From Gammaproteobacteria bacterium (GTDB taxonomy: Bacteria > Pseudomonadota > Gammaproteobacteria > Steroidobacterales > Rariloculaceae), in NCBI GenBank assembly GCA_036274615.1, contig DASUFK010000078.1:1-58030 (forward strand): 58,030 bases of DNA, read 5' to 3'. Shown here piece by piece: positions 34,557-45,064 of the stretch. Below the pieces are notes generated by a model. The model made no database searches. It was given only the letters and a program-made list of their open reading frames with translations, and was not told where the DNA came from. The position numbers and the translations under genes are program-made. Position 1 is the stretch's first letter; the number at the start of each line of letters is the position of its first letter.

Positions 34557-36353
34557 ATGCGGTTCTGGAGCGAGATCAAACGGCGCAAGCTCTTTCAGGT
34601 CGCCGCCACTTACGCCGTCGCGTCGTGGCTCGTGGCCCAGGTCGTCACCGTCGTCTCCGGGCCGCTGCACTTCCCCGTGTGGTTCGACACGGCGGCGATC
34701 CTGCTGCTCCTGTTCGGCTTCCCGGTCACGTTGCTCGTCACCTGGGTGTGGAACCTCACGCCGCACGGCTGGGTGCTCGATACCGGCGAGAGCGCCAATT
34801 CGCCGCAGCGGCGCACGATCGAGCTCGTGCTCGTCGGCATCCTCGGCGTCGCGCTCGTGTGGGTGAGCTATCGTGAGATCAGCGGCGTGATCGACGCCCC
34901 GGCGCCGGCGGCCGCGTCGACGCCCGTGCCGCCCGCCGGGCCGCGGCTCACCGACTCCGTCGCCGTGCTGCCGTTCGAGAACCTGAGCCCGAATCCGAGC
35001 AACGCCTACTTCGCCGCGGGTTTGCACGACGAGATCTTGAACCAGCTCGCAAAGATCGGCCGGTTGAACGTGATCGCACGCGTGTCGGTGCAAGGGTACG
35101 CCGGCAGCGGCAAGACGATTCCCGAGATCGGCGCGGAGCTCAACGTGGAGACCGTGATGGAAGGCACGATCCGCTACGCCGGCAACCGCGTGCGCGTCAC
35201 CACGCAGCTCATCGACGCGGCGCGCAACGTGCACCTCTGGTCGGAGACGTACGAGCGCGAGCTCTTGGACGTCTTCGCGATCGAGTCCGACATCGCCACG
35301 AACGTTGCTGCCGCGCTCGGCGCCGAGATCACCGCGGCCGGCGCGGACGCGCTCGAGCGCCGTCCCACGGAGTCGGCCGAGGCCTACACGCTCTACATCG
35401 AGGCACGCGAGCTCTACGGCGAGGACGGCGCGGGCGAGCGTATCGAGGCGCTGCTGCGGCGCGCCATCGAGCTCGATCGCGACTTCGCGCTCGCACTCGG
35501 CTATCTCGCCGAGCGCTACGCCATCGGCTTGGGCGACACGTCGTCCGGCGACGGCATCGATCTCGAGCAGCGCACCGCGCGATCCGAGCTCGTGCGCAGC
35601 TATGCGCAGCGCGCGCTCGAGCTCGACGCCGGCGTATCCGACGCGCAGCTCGCGCTCGGCCTGCTCGACCTGCTGCACTGGCGCTGGACGTCCGCGCGCG
35701 GCCGGTTCGATGCGGCGCTCGCGCTCGGCAGCGTGCGCGACTCGTCGGCCGACGCCGCCGCCTACCTCGGCGACTTTCCGTCGGCGGTCGCGATCGCGCG
35801 CCGCCTCGCCGCGCTCAACCCGCGCGATTGGGTCGCGCACCGCAATCTCGCGCAGACGCTGCTGCGCGCCGGGCAGCTCGACGCCGCCGCGGCCGCCGTG
35901 CAGCGCGCGCTCGAGCTCGCGCCGGCGAGCAGCGCCGCGCACCGGCTCGCCGCGCAGGTCGCGCAGGCGCGAGGCGCGCCCGACGCCGCGCTGCGCGAGA
36001 CCGAGCGCGCCGAGCAGCTGCTGCCGTCACGCAATCGGCTCGCGCTCGCGCAGCTCGCGCTGCTCTACGGTGCGCTCGGCCGCGCCGCCGACGCTCGGCG
36101 CCTGTCGGCCGAGGTCACGGCCGGCGTCGCACGCGAGCGCGTGGGCGCCGGCAACTGGGCGATGGCGCTGCTCGCGGTCGGCGAGGAGCAACAGGCGCTC
36201 GAGTGGCTCGAGGCCGCCGCGCGCACGGCCGCTGCTCACGAAGCGGACGCGAGCTTCTTGAACCTCATCCAGCTCAAGACCACCCGCAGCCTGCACCCGG
36301 CGCTCGCGCGGCCGGAGCTCGCGCGCGTGCTCGACCGAATCACGGGCGACTGA
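34557..36353 (+). CDS. membrane-anchored TPR-repeat protein
   Basis: 'KRRKLFQVAATYAVASWLVAQV' N-terminal anchor. 'VAVLPFENLSPNP...YFAAGLHDEILNQLAKI' module. C-terminal TPR-like repeats. Confidence 0.75.
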   Translation: MRFWSEIKRRKLFQVAATYAVASWLVAQVVTVVSGPLHFPVWFDTAAILLLLFGFPVTLLVTWVWNLTPHGWVLDTGESANSPQRRTIELVLVGILGVALVWVSYREISGVIDAPAPAAASTPVPPAGPRLTDSVAVLPFENLSPNPSNAYFAAGLHDEILNQLAKIGRLNVIARVSVQGYAGSGKTIPEIGAELNVETVMEGTIRYAGNRVRVTTQLIDAARNVHLWSETYERELLDVFAIESDIATNVAAALGAEITAAGADALERRPTESAEAYTLYIEARELYGEDGAGERIEALLRRAIELDRDFALALGYLAERYAIGLGDTSSGDGIDLEQRTARSELVRSYAQRALELDAGVSDAQLALGLLDLLHWRWTSARGRFDAALALGSVRDSSADAAAYLGDFPSAVAIARRLAALNPRDWVAHRNLAQTLLRAGQLDAAAAAVQRALELAPASSAAHRLAAQVAQARGAPDAALRETERAEQLLPSRNRLALAQLALLYGALGRAADARRLSAEVTAGVARERVGAGNWAMALLAVGEEQQALEWLEAAARTAAAHEADASFLNLIQLKTTRSLHPALARPELARVLDRITGD

Positions 36354-36371
36354 CGCGCCGGCTCGGAGCTG

Positions 36372-38711
36372 CTAGCGATCGCTCGCCGCGCGCGGAGCCC
36401 CGCCGGGCCGCGTCAACAACAGCGCGAGCACGAAGTTGGACACGACGCCGATCGTGACGGGCGTGCCGATCGCCCGCAACACCGGCAGATCGGAGCTCAT
36501 GAGCAGCGCGAAGACGAGCAGCGTGGACAGCGAGCAGACCAGCGTGGCATGCAGCGTGCGAGCCTGCTCCGCGGGGTCGTCCGCGGCATGCTCGAAGAAC
36601 AGCGCATAGTCCAGGCCGAGCCCGGCGGCCAGTATCAGCGAGATCAGGTGAAAGAGCGTGAGCGACACGCCCGCGGCTTGCAGCGCGGCGACGATCACCA
36701 CCGTGGTGATCGCCATCGGCGCGAGCACGCGTGCGATTCTCGTGCGGTCGCGCAGCGCCACGGCCACGACGCCCACGAGGAGCACGGCGGCGCCCGCCAG
36801 CGTCCAGAGAATTCGCGTGCGTTGCGACGCGATCAACGACTCGGAAGCCGCCTTCACGTCGAGCAACGTCGCGTCCGGCCCGGCCGACACCGCGAGCTCC
36901 TGCAGCGCCGCCGGGTCGCGCACTCCGCTGAACGTGACGAGCGCGGTGGTCCGCTCGCCGGACTCGTCGATCAGCGCGTCGATTTGCGCGCCGAACGCGG
37001 AATCCCGAATGTCGTCGACCGTCAGGGGCGTGAGCTCGCGCGCGTGAGCCACGTCCTCGATGAACGGCTCGAAGACGCCCGGGCGAAACGCCGTGCGCGC
37101 CTGCGCCTCCGTCACCATCGCGCGGAGCGCGGGCTCGTCGGGCAGACGGCCCTGCCGCAGCCGCTGCGTCTCGGCGCTCGGCACGTAACGCGCGGCGTGG
37201 TCGAAGCCGCCGATCGCTCCGCGCTGCACGAGCGCGCGCAGCGGCACGTCGAGCGCCTCGAGGCGCCGCAGCGCGGCCTCGCCGTCGGCCGCCCGCACCA
37301 CGAGCAGATAGCGCAGGTCGGCGGTGCCGAGCTCGGCGCGAAGCTCTCGATCCTGCGCGAGCAGATCCTCCGGCACGGGCGTGAGCCCGGCGAGGTCGTT
37401 CTGCCACATCGGCTGCCGCGCCAGCGCGATCACCGCCACGCAGACGCCGACGATGGCAACGCCCGCCCAGGCGGGGCGCGGGAGCCGCGCGATGGAATCC
37501 CAAAGCCGGCGCATGAGCCGCGAGTCCCCGTGGTCGCGGCGAGCCTCGATCAATGCCGGCAACACGAACCGGGTCGTCAATCCGGCGACTGCGAGCCCCG
37601 TCACGGCGAACACCGCAAGCTGCGCGAGGCCCAACACGCCCGAGAGCAAGAACGTGGCGTACGCCACGCACGTGCTCGCGACGCCCGTCGCGAGGGTCGG
37701 CCACAGCGAGCGAGCCACGTCGCGAGGGGCCACGCCCGGGCGGCTATGGCTCAGCAAGTGGATCGGATAATCCTGAGCCACTCCGATCAACGTGAAACCG
37801 AACGCGAGCGTGATGCCGTGCACGGCGCCGAACAGCGCGCTCACGGCGCCGAGCCCCACGACAGCCGCGCTGGCAAGCGGCAGCAGCGTCAAGAGAAGAC
37901 TGCCCACGCGCCGAAACGCGATGAGCAGCAACACGACCATGCCGATCGTCGCGGCAACTCCCAACGAATTCGCTGCCGCGCGCGTGCGAGCCTCCATCAA
38001 GTCGGAGAACTTGCCCGCGCCGCTCACGATCATCCGCGCGCTGCCGCGCTCGCCGAGCTCGGTGAACGCTCGCTCGAGCGCCGCGATCGACGTGCGTTGA
38101 CCGTCGGGATCGAACGCGGCGGCGCGCGTCTCGGCAATCAACAAGGCGCGTGTGCCGGCGCGATCGAACCATACGTCGAATTCCCGGCGCGGCTCGTGCA
38201 ACGGTTGCCAGAGCTCGAGCAGCTTCAGGAGCTCGAGCGTAGGATCGCGCGGCAGCAACGGCTCGAGCACCAAGCCGGCGGGTGACGCCAGGTCGCGCGA
38301 CCGGGCCTCCAGCTCGGCCCCGAGAAAGCCGGCGTCGAGCGGCTGCGCATCGAGCGTCGGAGACAGCAGGAACCGATACGGCAGCAGGCCGTCGGGCACC
38401 GAGTCGACGGACACCTCGCCGTTCGCCACGAAGCGGAGCTCGCCGCTGTCGCGCAACGCCTGCGCGAGCGCGCGCGACGTGTCCGCCAGTTGCTCCGCCG
38501 GAGCGCCTTCGAGGGCGATGACGAGAACGCGTGACGCCGGCCCCTCGCCGATCTCCTCGAGCAACAGCCGTTGCTCGACGGTCACGGCGCTCGGCAAGAA
38601 CAACCGAAGATCCGAGCCGATCGCGAGGTGCCGGCTCACGAAGAACCCGACGGCCCCGAGGATCGCGATCCAGCACGCGAGCACCAGCAGCGCTAACGGG
38701 CTTCGCCTCAT
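36372..38711 (-). CDS. MMPL/RND-superfamily exporter (ApeM-like)
   Basis: Start at MRRSPLALLVLACWIAILG, an ATGA overlap with the LolA-like gene. Two six-TM bundles with large periplasmic loops. Confidence 0.85.
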   Translation of the reverse strand: MRRSPLALLVLACWIAILGAVGFFVSRHLAIGSDLRLFLPSAVTVEQRLLLEEIGEGPASRVLVIALEGAPAEQLADTSRALAQALRDSGELRFVANGEVSVDSVPDGLLPYRFLLSPTLDAQPLDAGFLGAELEARSRDLASPAGLVLEPLLPRDPTLELLKLLELWQPLHEPRREFDVWFDRAGTRALLIAETRAAAFDPDGQRTSIAALERAFTELGERGSARMIVSGAGKFSDLMEARTRAAANSLGVAATIGMVVLLLIAFRRVGSLLLTLLPLASAAVVGLGAVSALFGAVHGITLAFGFTLIGVAQDYPIHLLSHSRPGVAPRDVARSLWPTLATGVASTCVAYATFLLSGVLGLAQLAVFAVTGLAVAGLTTRFVLPALIEARRDHGDSRLMRRLWDSIARLPRPAWAGVAIVGVCVAVIALARQPMWQNDLAGLTPVPEDLLAQDRELRAELGTADLRYLLVVRAADGEAALRRLEALDVPLRALVQRGAIGGFDHAARYVPSAETQRLRQGRLPDEPALRAMVTEAQARTAFRPGVFEPFIEDVAHARELTPLTVDDIRDSAFGAQIDALIDESGERTTALVTFSGVRDPAALQELAVSAGPDATLLDVKAASESLIASQRTRILWTLAGAAVLLVGVVAVALRDRTRIARVLAPMAITTVVIVAALQAAGVSLTLFHLISLILAAGLGLDYALFFEHAADDPAEQARTLHATLVCSLSTLLVFALLMSSDLPVLRAIGTPVTIGVVSNFVLALLLTRPGGAPRAASDR

Positions 38712-39343
38712 TCCGCGCGGCACTGCCCGAGCAGGCTCTCGAGCGTGGCGGCGGCCGTAAGCCGGCCGGCGGCGCCTTCGCCGAGCAGCATCACCGTGCC
38801 TCCGCCTTGGGAGCTCAGCACCGCGATGCACTTGGGCTCGCTGCCCGCGCCGCCGACGACGATTTCCTGGAGCCTGCGGCGCTGCCGGCCGTCCAACGGC
38901 GTCAGCTCGATCGTCCAGGCGGCGGCGGCGCCGCTCGCCGTAACGCCGAACTCGCGCGTAACGGCGGACGCATCGCCCGACAACAGCCCGACGAAGCTCG
39001 CGAGCAAGCCGCCGAGCTCCGGCGCGCGCTTCAACGCGAAGGTGCGCGCGTTCTCGCCCCCACGCTCCACTCGAACGGACTCGCCGCGGATCGCGGTGCT
39101 CTCCTCGTACGGAGCCGTGACGTGGCGATCGAAGCTCGCGGCGCCGAGATAGGTCAGTTGGCCCGACACGATCAGCGGCTCGTCCAGCAGCGGCGAGAAC
39201 CGCGCTTCGGCGAACTCGATCGTCGCGGGCGGTTCGCGGTGCAGGCTCTTGATCACGGCCTCTGCGTCGAGCGGTGCAGCAGGAACGGGCCCCGCCGGGA
39301 GGAGCCCGGCGAGCACCGTGACGACGCGCAGGAATCTATTCAA
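38708..39343 (-). CDS. LolA-like outer-membrane lipoprotein carrier family protein (ApeL-like)
   Basis: Signal peptide MNRFLRVVTVLAGLLPAGPVPAA. Size and position beside the MMPL gene match aryl-polyene-type clusters. Confidence 0.7.
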   Translation of the reverse strand: MNRFLRVVTVLAGLLPAGPVPAAPLDAEAVIKSLHREPPATIEFAEARFSPLLDEPLIVSGQLTYLGAASFDRHVTAPYEESTAIRGESVRVERGGENARTFALKRAPELGGLLASFVGLLSGDASAVTREFGVTASGAAAAWTIELTPLDGRQRRRLQEIVVGGAGSEPKCIAVLSSQGGGTVMLLGEGAAGRLTAAATLESLLGQCRAE

Positions 39344-39391
39344 CCGGAGAGCTCCGGCCGGCTTCGACGCCCGCCCATCGCACGCGGCTCA

Positions 39392-40462
39392 TCACGCTTT
39401 TACGCAGTGTAGAAGGGTGTGACCGAGCCCCAAGTTGTCGTGCTCGGCTTCCACGCGCAGCCCGGCCTGGCGAATGACGCGCAGCAAATCTTCGGAGCGG
39501 TACATTCGGCTGACGCCGTTCGCGAGACAGGTAAAGTAGAGCGACGTGGCATTCAAGCTGTAGGCGGCCGCGTCGTACTTCTGCCGATCGCACAGGAGCT
39601 CGAGCACGAAGATCGAGCCGCCGGGCTCGATCGCGCGCGCGGCCGCCTCCATCACTCGCGCAGCTTGCTCCTCCGCGAGACAGTCGAGAAGTTGGCTCAT
39701 CCAGATCGTGTCGGCGCCCGGCGGCAACGGCTGGCTCGGATCCAGCAAGTCCAGCGCGTGATACGAGATCCGCCCGGCGTACGCGGTGCTCCCGATCCTT
39801 CTTCGCGCCATCGCGATCTGCTCGGGGAGGTCCACGATCGTCACCTGCACGGCCTCGTCGCGCGCGGCGCAGGCCAACGCCCACAGCCCCTCGTTACCGC
39901 CGACGTCGAGCACGCGACGGGGCGCGGTCTCGAGCACGACGTCGAGCGCAGCCCGATAAGCGCTCGTGGAATAGAAATGATCGAAGCGGAACCAACTCGT
40001 TCGTGCCGGCTCCGGCAGCAGCGAAAGCGCGGGGTAGATCGTGGGCCAATCGCCGAATCTCCCGAGGCCGCGCGGCTTCCCGTCCTCGATCGACTGCCGC
40101 AGGTCGCACATGGGCTCATAACAAACGTCGGCGACGAAGTTCATGTTGATCCGCGTCATCTCGTCGTTGAGCAAGAAGTAGCCGACCTTGTCGAGGACGT
40201 ACCGGCCGTCACGCATCCAGACGAGGCGCGCGCTCAACCCCATGTCGAGCAAGACGCGCACGCCGTAGTCACGTAGACCCAACCGCTCGGCGATCTCGGA
40301 GGAGCTCGCACCGGCCTCTCCGGCATCGGCCACGGCTTCGAGAACGCCGAGGCGCAACAACGCAACCGTCGCCTGGAAGGCGATCGGCGCGAAGGCGAGC
40401 TTTTGCGCGTCGGAGATGGCCTGAAACGCGGTGAGATTCGCCGGCCGGTCGTACTGGATCAT
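39392..40462 (-). CDS. O-methyltransferase-type SAM-dependent methyltransferase with N-terminal winged-helix dimerisation domain
   Basis: 356-aa 3' part of ORF 39392..41770. Motif I 'VLDVGGNEG', and 'IVDLP' acidic loop. Confidence 0.8.
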   Translation of the reverse strand: MIQYDRPANLTAFQAISDAQKLAFAPIAFQATVALLRLGVLEAVADAGEAGASSSEIAERLGLRDYGVRVLLDMGLSARLVWMRDGRYVLDKVGYFLLNDEMTRINMNFVADVCYEPMCDLRQSIEDGKPRGLGRFGDWPTIYPALSLLPEPARTSWFRFDHFYSTSAYRAALDVVLETAPRRVLDVGGNEGLWALACAARDEAVQVTIVDLPEQIAMARRRIGSTAYAGRISYHALDLLDPSQPLPPGADTIWMSQLLDCLAEEQAARVMEAAARAIEPGGSIFVLELLCDRQKYDAAAYSLNATSLYFTCLANGVSRMYRSEDLLRVIRQAGLRVEAEHDNLGLGHTLLHCVKA

Positions 40463-40600
40463 CGCCGTAAGCTTACTCGACCGGGAACCGAAATGAGTCG
40501 CAGTGGCGACTGTCCGTTGTGACCCGGTACGCGATTGCCGCTGCTGGGGTCGCTTAGTATATTGACCCGCGCTTTCGGGGGGTGACGTCGCCGTCGGTAC

Positions 40601-41323
40601 GTGAGGAACGGGCTGCAGATCGACAATTGGGCATTCTGGTCTCCGGAGAGCGAGACTCCTTCCGAATGGCGTGCCCACTGGACGTCGAACGCCGCCTCTC
40701 CGGGCCACGCCAACGTTCCCGACGACCTGATTCCCGCGTTCCATCGGCGTCGGATGAGCGCGCTCTCGAAATTGGCGGTGCAGATCGCCTTGCGGGCCGC
40801 CGGCGACTTGCGAGCCGACTTCCTCATCTTCTGCTCGCAACATGGGGAGCTCATACGGTCGCGCGAGCTCCTCGGCAGCATCGCCGAGGGGATGGAGCTG
40901 TCGCCCACGTCGTTCAGTCAGTCCGTGCACAACACGAGCGCGGGGCTCTACACCATCATCTCTCGAAGCCGAGTGCCGGCCACGGCGCTGGCGTCGGGGG
41001 CCAGCACTTTCGCTTACGGATGGCTCGAGGCGGAGGCCTACGTCAGCCAACACCCGTCCGCGCGAGTCTTGCTCGTGAGCTACGACGATCTGCTGCCCAC
41101 GGAGTATCTCCCCTACTCGACTCAGAAGGAGTGCAGGTACGGGGTCGGGCTCGTGCTCAGCAAGGGCGCGGCCGGATACATCGCGCTCGAGCGGGTGTCC
41201 GCCGGAACCGACGACGAGTTGCCGATGGCGCCGCAGTTCATGGCCTGGTGGCTGACGGCAGAGCCGTCGCTCTCGTTGACGGCCGACGGACAAGGTTGGT
41301 CGTGGAGCCGGCATGCGAGCTAG
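40601..41323 (+). CDS. beta-ketoacyl synthase chain-length-factor-like protein (ApeC-like, no active-site Cys motif)
   Basis: 'IDNWAFWSPE', 'FHRRRMSALSKLAVQ' and 'FSQSVHNTSAGLYTI'. At 240 aa it covers only part of the KS fold. Confidence 0.7.
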   Translation: MRNGLQIDNWAFWSPESETPSEWRAHWTSNAASPGHANVPDDLIPAFHRRRMSALSKLAVQIALRAAGDLRADFLIFCSQHGELIRSRELLGSIAEGMELSPTSFSQSVHNTSAGLYTIISRSRVPATALASGASTFAYGWLEAEAYVSQHPSARVLLVSYDDLLPTEYLPYSTQKECRYGVGLVLSKGAAGYIALERVSAGTDDELPMAPQFMAWWLTAEPSLSLTADGQGWSWSRHAS

Positions 41324-41503
41324 CGGACCGAGAGCACGTTGCTTCGCGCGCACGGCGCCGGCGGAGCAACCTTGCTTCCCGGCGCGCGCCGGTGCTAGCG
41401 TACGCGCGCGCGATCTTCGCGCTCGGGGGGACAACAGGGGCTTTGCCGTACGGCGCCTCACGCGCACTCTCCAAACCAGAACTACTAAAAGGAATTGGGC
41501 GGG

Positions 41504-41758
41504 ATGAGCGCGCTGGAACAAGAGCTGAAGCAACTTCTCATCGAGGTGCTCAACCTCGAGGACTTGAGCGCCGACCAGATCGACAGCCAGGCGCCCCTGT
41601 TCGGCGACGGCCTCGGGCTGGACTCGATCGACGCACTGGAGTTCGGCGTGGCGATCCGCCGCAAGTACGACGTGAAGATGGACGCCGACTCCGAGGAAAC
41701 CCGCGCGCACTTCGCGTCGATCGCGAATCTCGCGCGCTTCATCAACCACGGCAAATGA
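41504..41758 (+). CDS. acyl carrier protein
   Basis: AAAAGGAA RBS 9 nt before the ATG. 'GLGLDSIDALEF' phosphopantetheine attachment Ser. Confidence 0.85.
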   Translation: MSALEQELKQLLIEVLNLEDLSADQIDSQAPLFGDGLGLDSIDALEFGVAIRRKYDVKMDADSEETRAHFASIANLARFINHGK

Positions 41759-41829
41759 ACGGCGTAACAACCCCGTCTCGAGCCGAGACTCGCGGTTGAC
41801 GCGATAGGCCTCGCTTGCTAACGCGCGCG

Positions 41830-42390
41830 ATGTCGGCCGGCATTCTTGCGGCGCTCGCTTTGTATCCGCTGCTCGTCTACTTCGGCTTGCGGCACTTCGG
41901 CGCGATCTGGATCGCGGCGGTGCTCCTGATCGTGTGCGCGCTGCGGTTCGCGGCGCTGCGCTGGAGCGGCGCGCCGGCGGGCGGCGCCGCGCAGGTTTGG
42001 CTTCTGTGCGGCGGCGGCATCGCGCTCGCCGTCACCAGCATTCTGCGCGGGTCGGCCGACGCGATCCTCTACTATCCCGTGGTCATGAACGCAGTGCTGC
42101 TGTTCATCTTCGCGCACAGCGTCGCATACCCGCCCACGGTCGTGGAGAGGATTGCACGGCTGCGTACGCCCGATCTGCCGCCGGCCGGTGTTCGCTACAC
42201 TCGTAACGTAACGATCGCCTGGGCCGCATTCTTCGTCTGCAACGGCGCGATCGCGCTCTACACCGTGTTGTTTGCCTCGTTCGGCACATGGGCTCTCTAC
42301 AACGGCGCCATCGCGTACGCGCTCATCGGCGCGATGTTCGCTGCGGAGCTGCTGACGCGAACGTTGCTGCGGAACAGGCTGCGCGCATGA
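41830..42390 (+). CDS. integral membrane protein of the cluster (COG4648 / ApeG-like)
   Basis: Five or six hydrophobic helices. Sits between the ACP and AMP-ligase genes as in ape-type clusters. Start at TTG 41815 or ATG 41830. Confidence 0.6.
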   Translation: MSAGILAALALYPLLVYFGLRHFGAIWIAAVLLIVCALRFAALRWSGAPAGGAAQVWLLCGGGIALAVTSILRGSADAILYYPVVMNAVLLFIFAHSVAYPPTVVERIARLRTPDLPPAGVRYTRNVTIAWAAFFVCNGAIALYTVLFASFGTWALYNGAIAYALIGAMFAAELLTRTLLRNRLRA

Positions 42391-43730
42391 GCACGGGGGC
42401 GTTTTCGGCGGCGCTTGCGGCAGACTCGGATCACGTCGTGTGCTTCGACCGCAGCGGCACGGAGCACCGCTGGTCCGATTTCCTCGACAGAGCGTCGGCG
42501 GTGAGCGTGGAGCTCGAGGCAACAGGCGGCCGCCATTGGGCGGTGGACCTCGACGATACTTTCGAGTTCGCGGCCGCGTTGATCGGCTGCTGGGCCGCCA
42601 ACAAGACTCCCGTGCTGGCGCAGCGCCCGCTCCTCGACGGCTCGGGGCTCGCGATCGACGGCACGATCCAATCGAGCGATGCTCCCGCGCGCACCAAGAG
42701 GCGCGTCGTTTGGCGGCGGCTCGCGAGCCCGCGCAAGCTCGTCACGGCAATACCGCCGCAGGCGGAGCTCGTCCTCTACACTTCGGGCTCCACCGGCGTG
42801 CCGAAAGAGGTGCGCCGCAGAGTGCACAACGTCGAGTCCGAGCTCGCGGTGCTCGAGCAGCTGTGGGGCCCCGAGATCGGGCAATGCCGCGTGTACTCCA
42901 CCGTATCGCACCGCCACGTGTACGGCATGTTGTTTCGAACGTTGTGGCCGCTCCTGAATCGCAGGCCGTTCGCCACCTTCGACTTGGAGTATCCCGAGCA
43001 GCTCGTCGACGGACGGGGCGCCGCGCAGGTGTTGATCTCGAGCCCGGCGTTGCTCAAGCGGATCGCGCATCTGCCGAGCCGCCCGCAGGCCTGGCGCGCC
43101 GTCTTTTCGTCGGGCGGCTTGCTCACCGGAGACGTGGCCGCCGACGCCGCCCGGGTGCTCGGCGCGTGCCCGATCGAGGTTCTCGGGAGCACGGAGACCA
43201 GCGGCGTCGCCTCGCGCCGGCAAATCGGGCCGGCGCTCACAGGCTGGACGGCGATGCCGACCGTCGAGACGCGCGCTTCCGACGAAGGGTTCCTCGAGGT
43301 GCGTTCGCCGTTCACGGGACAAGCGCAGTGGTTGCAGATGGGCGACCTGGTGCGACCCACCACGGAGCGCGGTTTCGAGCTGCTCGGCCGCGGCGACCAT
43401 CTCGCGAAGATCGAGGACAAGCGGGTGTCGCTCACGGAGATCGAGCGCTACCTGCTCGAGCATCCGTGGGTAGGCGACGCCGCCGCGGTGGCGCTCGCCG
43501 ACGCCTCCCGCCAGTACGTGGGCGCGGTCGTGCAACTGAGCGCGGCCGGAGCCCGCGAGCTGGAGCAGCAGGGGCGGCGCGCGCTCGGCAACCTGTTGAG
43601 ACAATCGCTGCGGGACCGAGTGGAGCCCGTGGCTCTGCCGCGCAAGTTTCGGTACGTCGACCGGATACCCACCGACGCGCAAGGCAAGCGCCAACAGACG
43701 AAGATCCGCGAGCTGTTCGCGTCGCCATGA
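42387..43730 (+). CDS. AMP-dependent synthetase/ligase (starter-unit:ACP ligase, ApeH-like)
   Basis: ATGA overlap with the upstream gene. 'LYTSGSTGVPKEV' AMP-binding motif, 'GSTETSG', and a C-terminal 'P....GK' Lys. Confidence 0.85.
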   Translation: MSTGAFSAALAADSDHVVCFDRSGTEHRWSDFLDRASAVSVELEATGGRHWAVDLDDTFEFAAALIGCWAANKTPVLAQRPLLDGSGLAIDGTIQSSDAPARTKRRVVWRRLASPRKLVTAIPPQAELVLYTSGSTGVPKEVRRRVHNVESELAVLEQLWGPEIGQCRVYSTVSHRHVYGMLFRTLWPLLNRRPFATFDLEYPEQLVDGRGAAQVLISSPALLKRIAHLPSRPQAWRAVFSSGGLLTGDVAADAARVLGACPIEVLGSTETSGVASRRQIGPALTGWTAMPTVETRASDEGFLEVRSPFTGQAQWLQMGDLVRPTTERGFELLGRGDHLAKIEDKRVSLTEIERYLLEHPWVGDAAAVALADASRQYVGAVVQLSAAGARELEQQGRRALGNLLRQSLRDRVEPVALPRKFRYVDRIPTDAQGKRQQTKIRELFASP

Positions 43731-44077
43731 CCGCGGGCCCGAAGATCGTGCAGCAGAGCATCGCGGAATCGACCGCTCGCATCGTGCTCGCCATTCCGCG
43801 CGATCTCGAGTGGTTCGACGGTCATTTCCCCCACGCACCCGTCGTGCCGGGCGTGGTGCAGCTGAAGTGGGCCGTCGAGCACGCGCAGCGCTGTTTCGCG
43901 ATTGCGGCTGCGGTGAAGGGGATCGAAGTCTTGAAATTCCAGCGCGCGATCGGTCCGCAAACGGAGGTTACCCTGACTCTCGATTACTCCACGCCGCGCG
44001 GGAAGGTCAGCTTCTCCTACGAGTCCGACCAGGGCCGGCACAGCAGCGGCCGTATCGTACTGTCCGCCTCGTCGTGA
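43727..44077 (+). CDS. hotdog-fold 3-hydroxyacyl-ACP dehydratase (ApeI-like)
   Basis: ATGA overlap. 'FDGHFPHAPVVPGV' is the FabZ/FabA catalytic His motif. Confidence 0.8.
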   Translation: MTAGPKIVQQSIAESTARIVLAIPRDLEWFDGHFPHAPVVPGVVQLKWAVEHAQRCFAIAAAVKGIEVLKFQRAIGPQTEVTLTLDYSTPRGKVSFSYESDQGRHSSGRIVLSASS

Positions 44078-45018
44078 GCTCGCGCGGGTCGCATTGGGCG
44101 GAGCACCAGGAGCGCGGCGACGTGCTCGGGATGCAATCGCTGCTCGCGGTTTACCGGCTGTTCGGCCGGCGCGCGTTCACGCTGTTCCTCTATCCCGTCG
44201 TGGCCTACTTCTGGCTGACGGCGGCCAACGCTCGCCGCGCGTCGCAGGATTACCTGAACGCGATCCGAAACCGCGCTCGGCAGGTCGGCGTTCCGGTGCC
44301 GCGCGTGAGCAGCTTCCGTCACGTGCTCGAGTTCGGACACGCGGTGCTCGACAAAGGCGCCATCTGGGGAGGCGACTTTTCCCCGAGCAACGTGCAATTC
44401 GAAAGGCCGCTGACGTTCCCGCAAATGCCCTCGCGCGGCTGCCTGTTCATCGGCTCGCATCTCGGCAATCTCGAGGTGCTGCGCGCCTTCGGCGAGTTCC
44501 GCGATTTCAAGGTCAACGCGCTCGTCTCCACGCGTCACTCGCCGAAGTTCAACCAACTGCTGTCGGCCGTCAACCCGAAGGCCTTCGACGGGATGATAGA
44601 GATCGATTCCCTCGGCCCCGACACGGTGATCAAGCTCCAGGACCGGATTCGCGCGCGCGAGCACATCGCGATCGCGGGAGATCGAGTCTCGGTGCGCCAC
44701 AAGGAACGCTCGATCCACGTGCCGTTCCTGGGGCGGCCCGCGCCGTTCCCAGAAGGTCCGTTCATTCTCGCGAGCTTGCTCGACTGTCCGGTTTATCTGC
44801 TGTTTTGCCTCAAGATCGGCAAGAAGTATCGCGTGTTCATCGAGCCGTTCGCCGACCCTCTCGTATTACCCCGCGCCGGCCGGCGCTCTTCTCTCAAGAA
44901 CGTGATTCAACGCTACGCCCAGCGGCTCGAGGCGCATTGCTTGATGGCCCCGTCCCAATGGTTTAATTTTTTCGACTTCTGGGAGCAGGCCGAGGGAAGG
45001 AGACCCGAATCTTCGTGA
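44074..45018 (+). CDS. LpxL/HtrB-like lysophospholipid/lipid A-type acyltransferase (ApeD-like)
   Basis: GTGA overlap with the dehydratase stop. N-terminal TM helix and a 'GSHLGNLE' Hx4E acyltransferase motif. Confidence 0.75.
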   Translation: MSSRGSHWAEHQERGDVLGMQSLLAVYRLFGRRAFTLFLYPVVAYFWLTAANARRASQDYLNAIRNRARQVGVPVPRVSSFRHVLEFGHAVLDKGAIWGGDFSPSNVQFERPLTFPQMPSRGCLFIGSHLGNLEVLRAFGEFRDFKVNALVSTRHSPKFNQLLSAVNPKAFDGMIEIDSLGPDTVIKLQDRIRAREHIAIAGDRVSVRHKERSIHVPFLGRPAPFPEGPFILASLLDCPVYLLFCLKIGKKYRVFIEPFADPLVLPRAGRRSSLKNVIQRYAQRLEAHCLMAPSQWFNFFDFWEQAEGRRPESS

Positions 45019-45064
45019 TGCGGCGGCGATGCCCGGTCCGCAGCAGCGGAGATTTGAGCCGCCG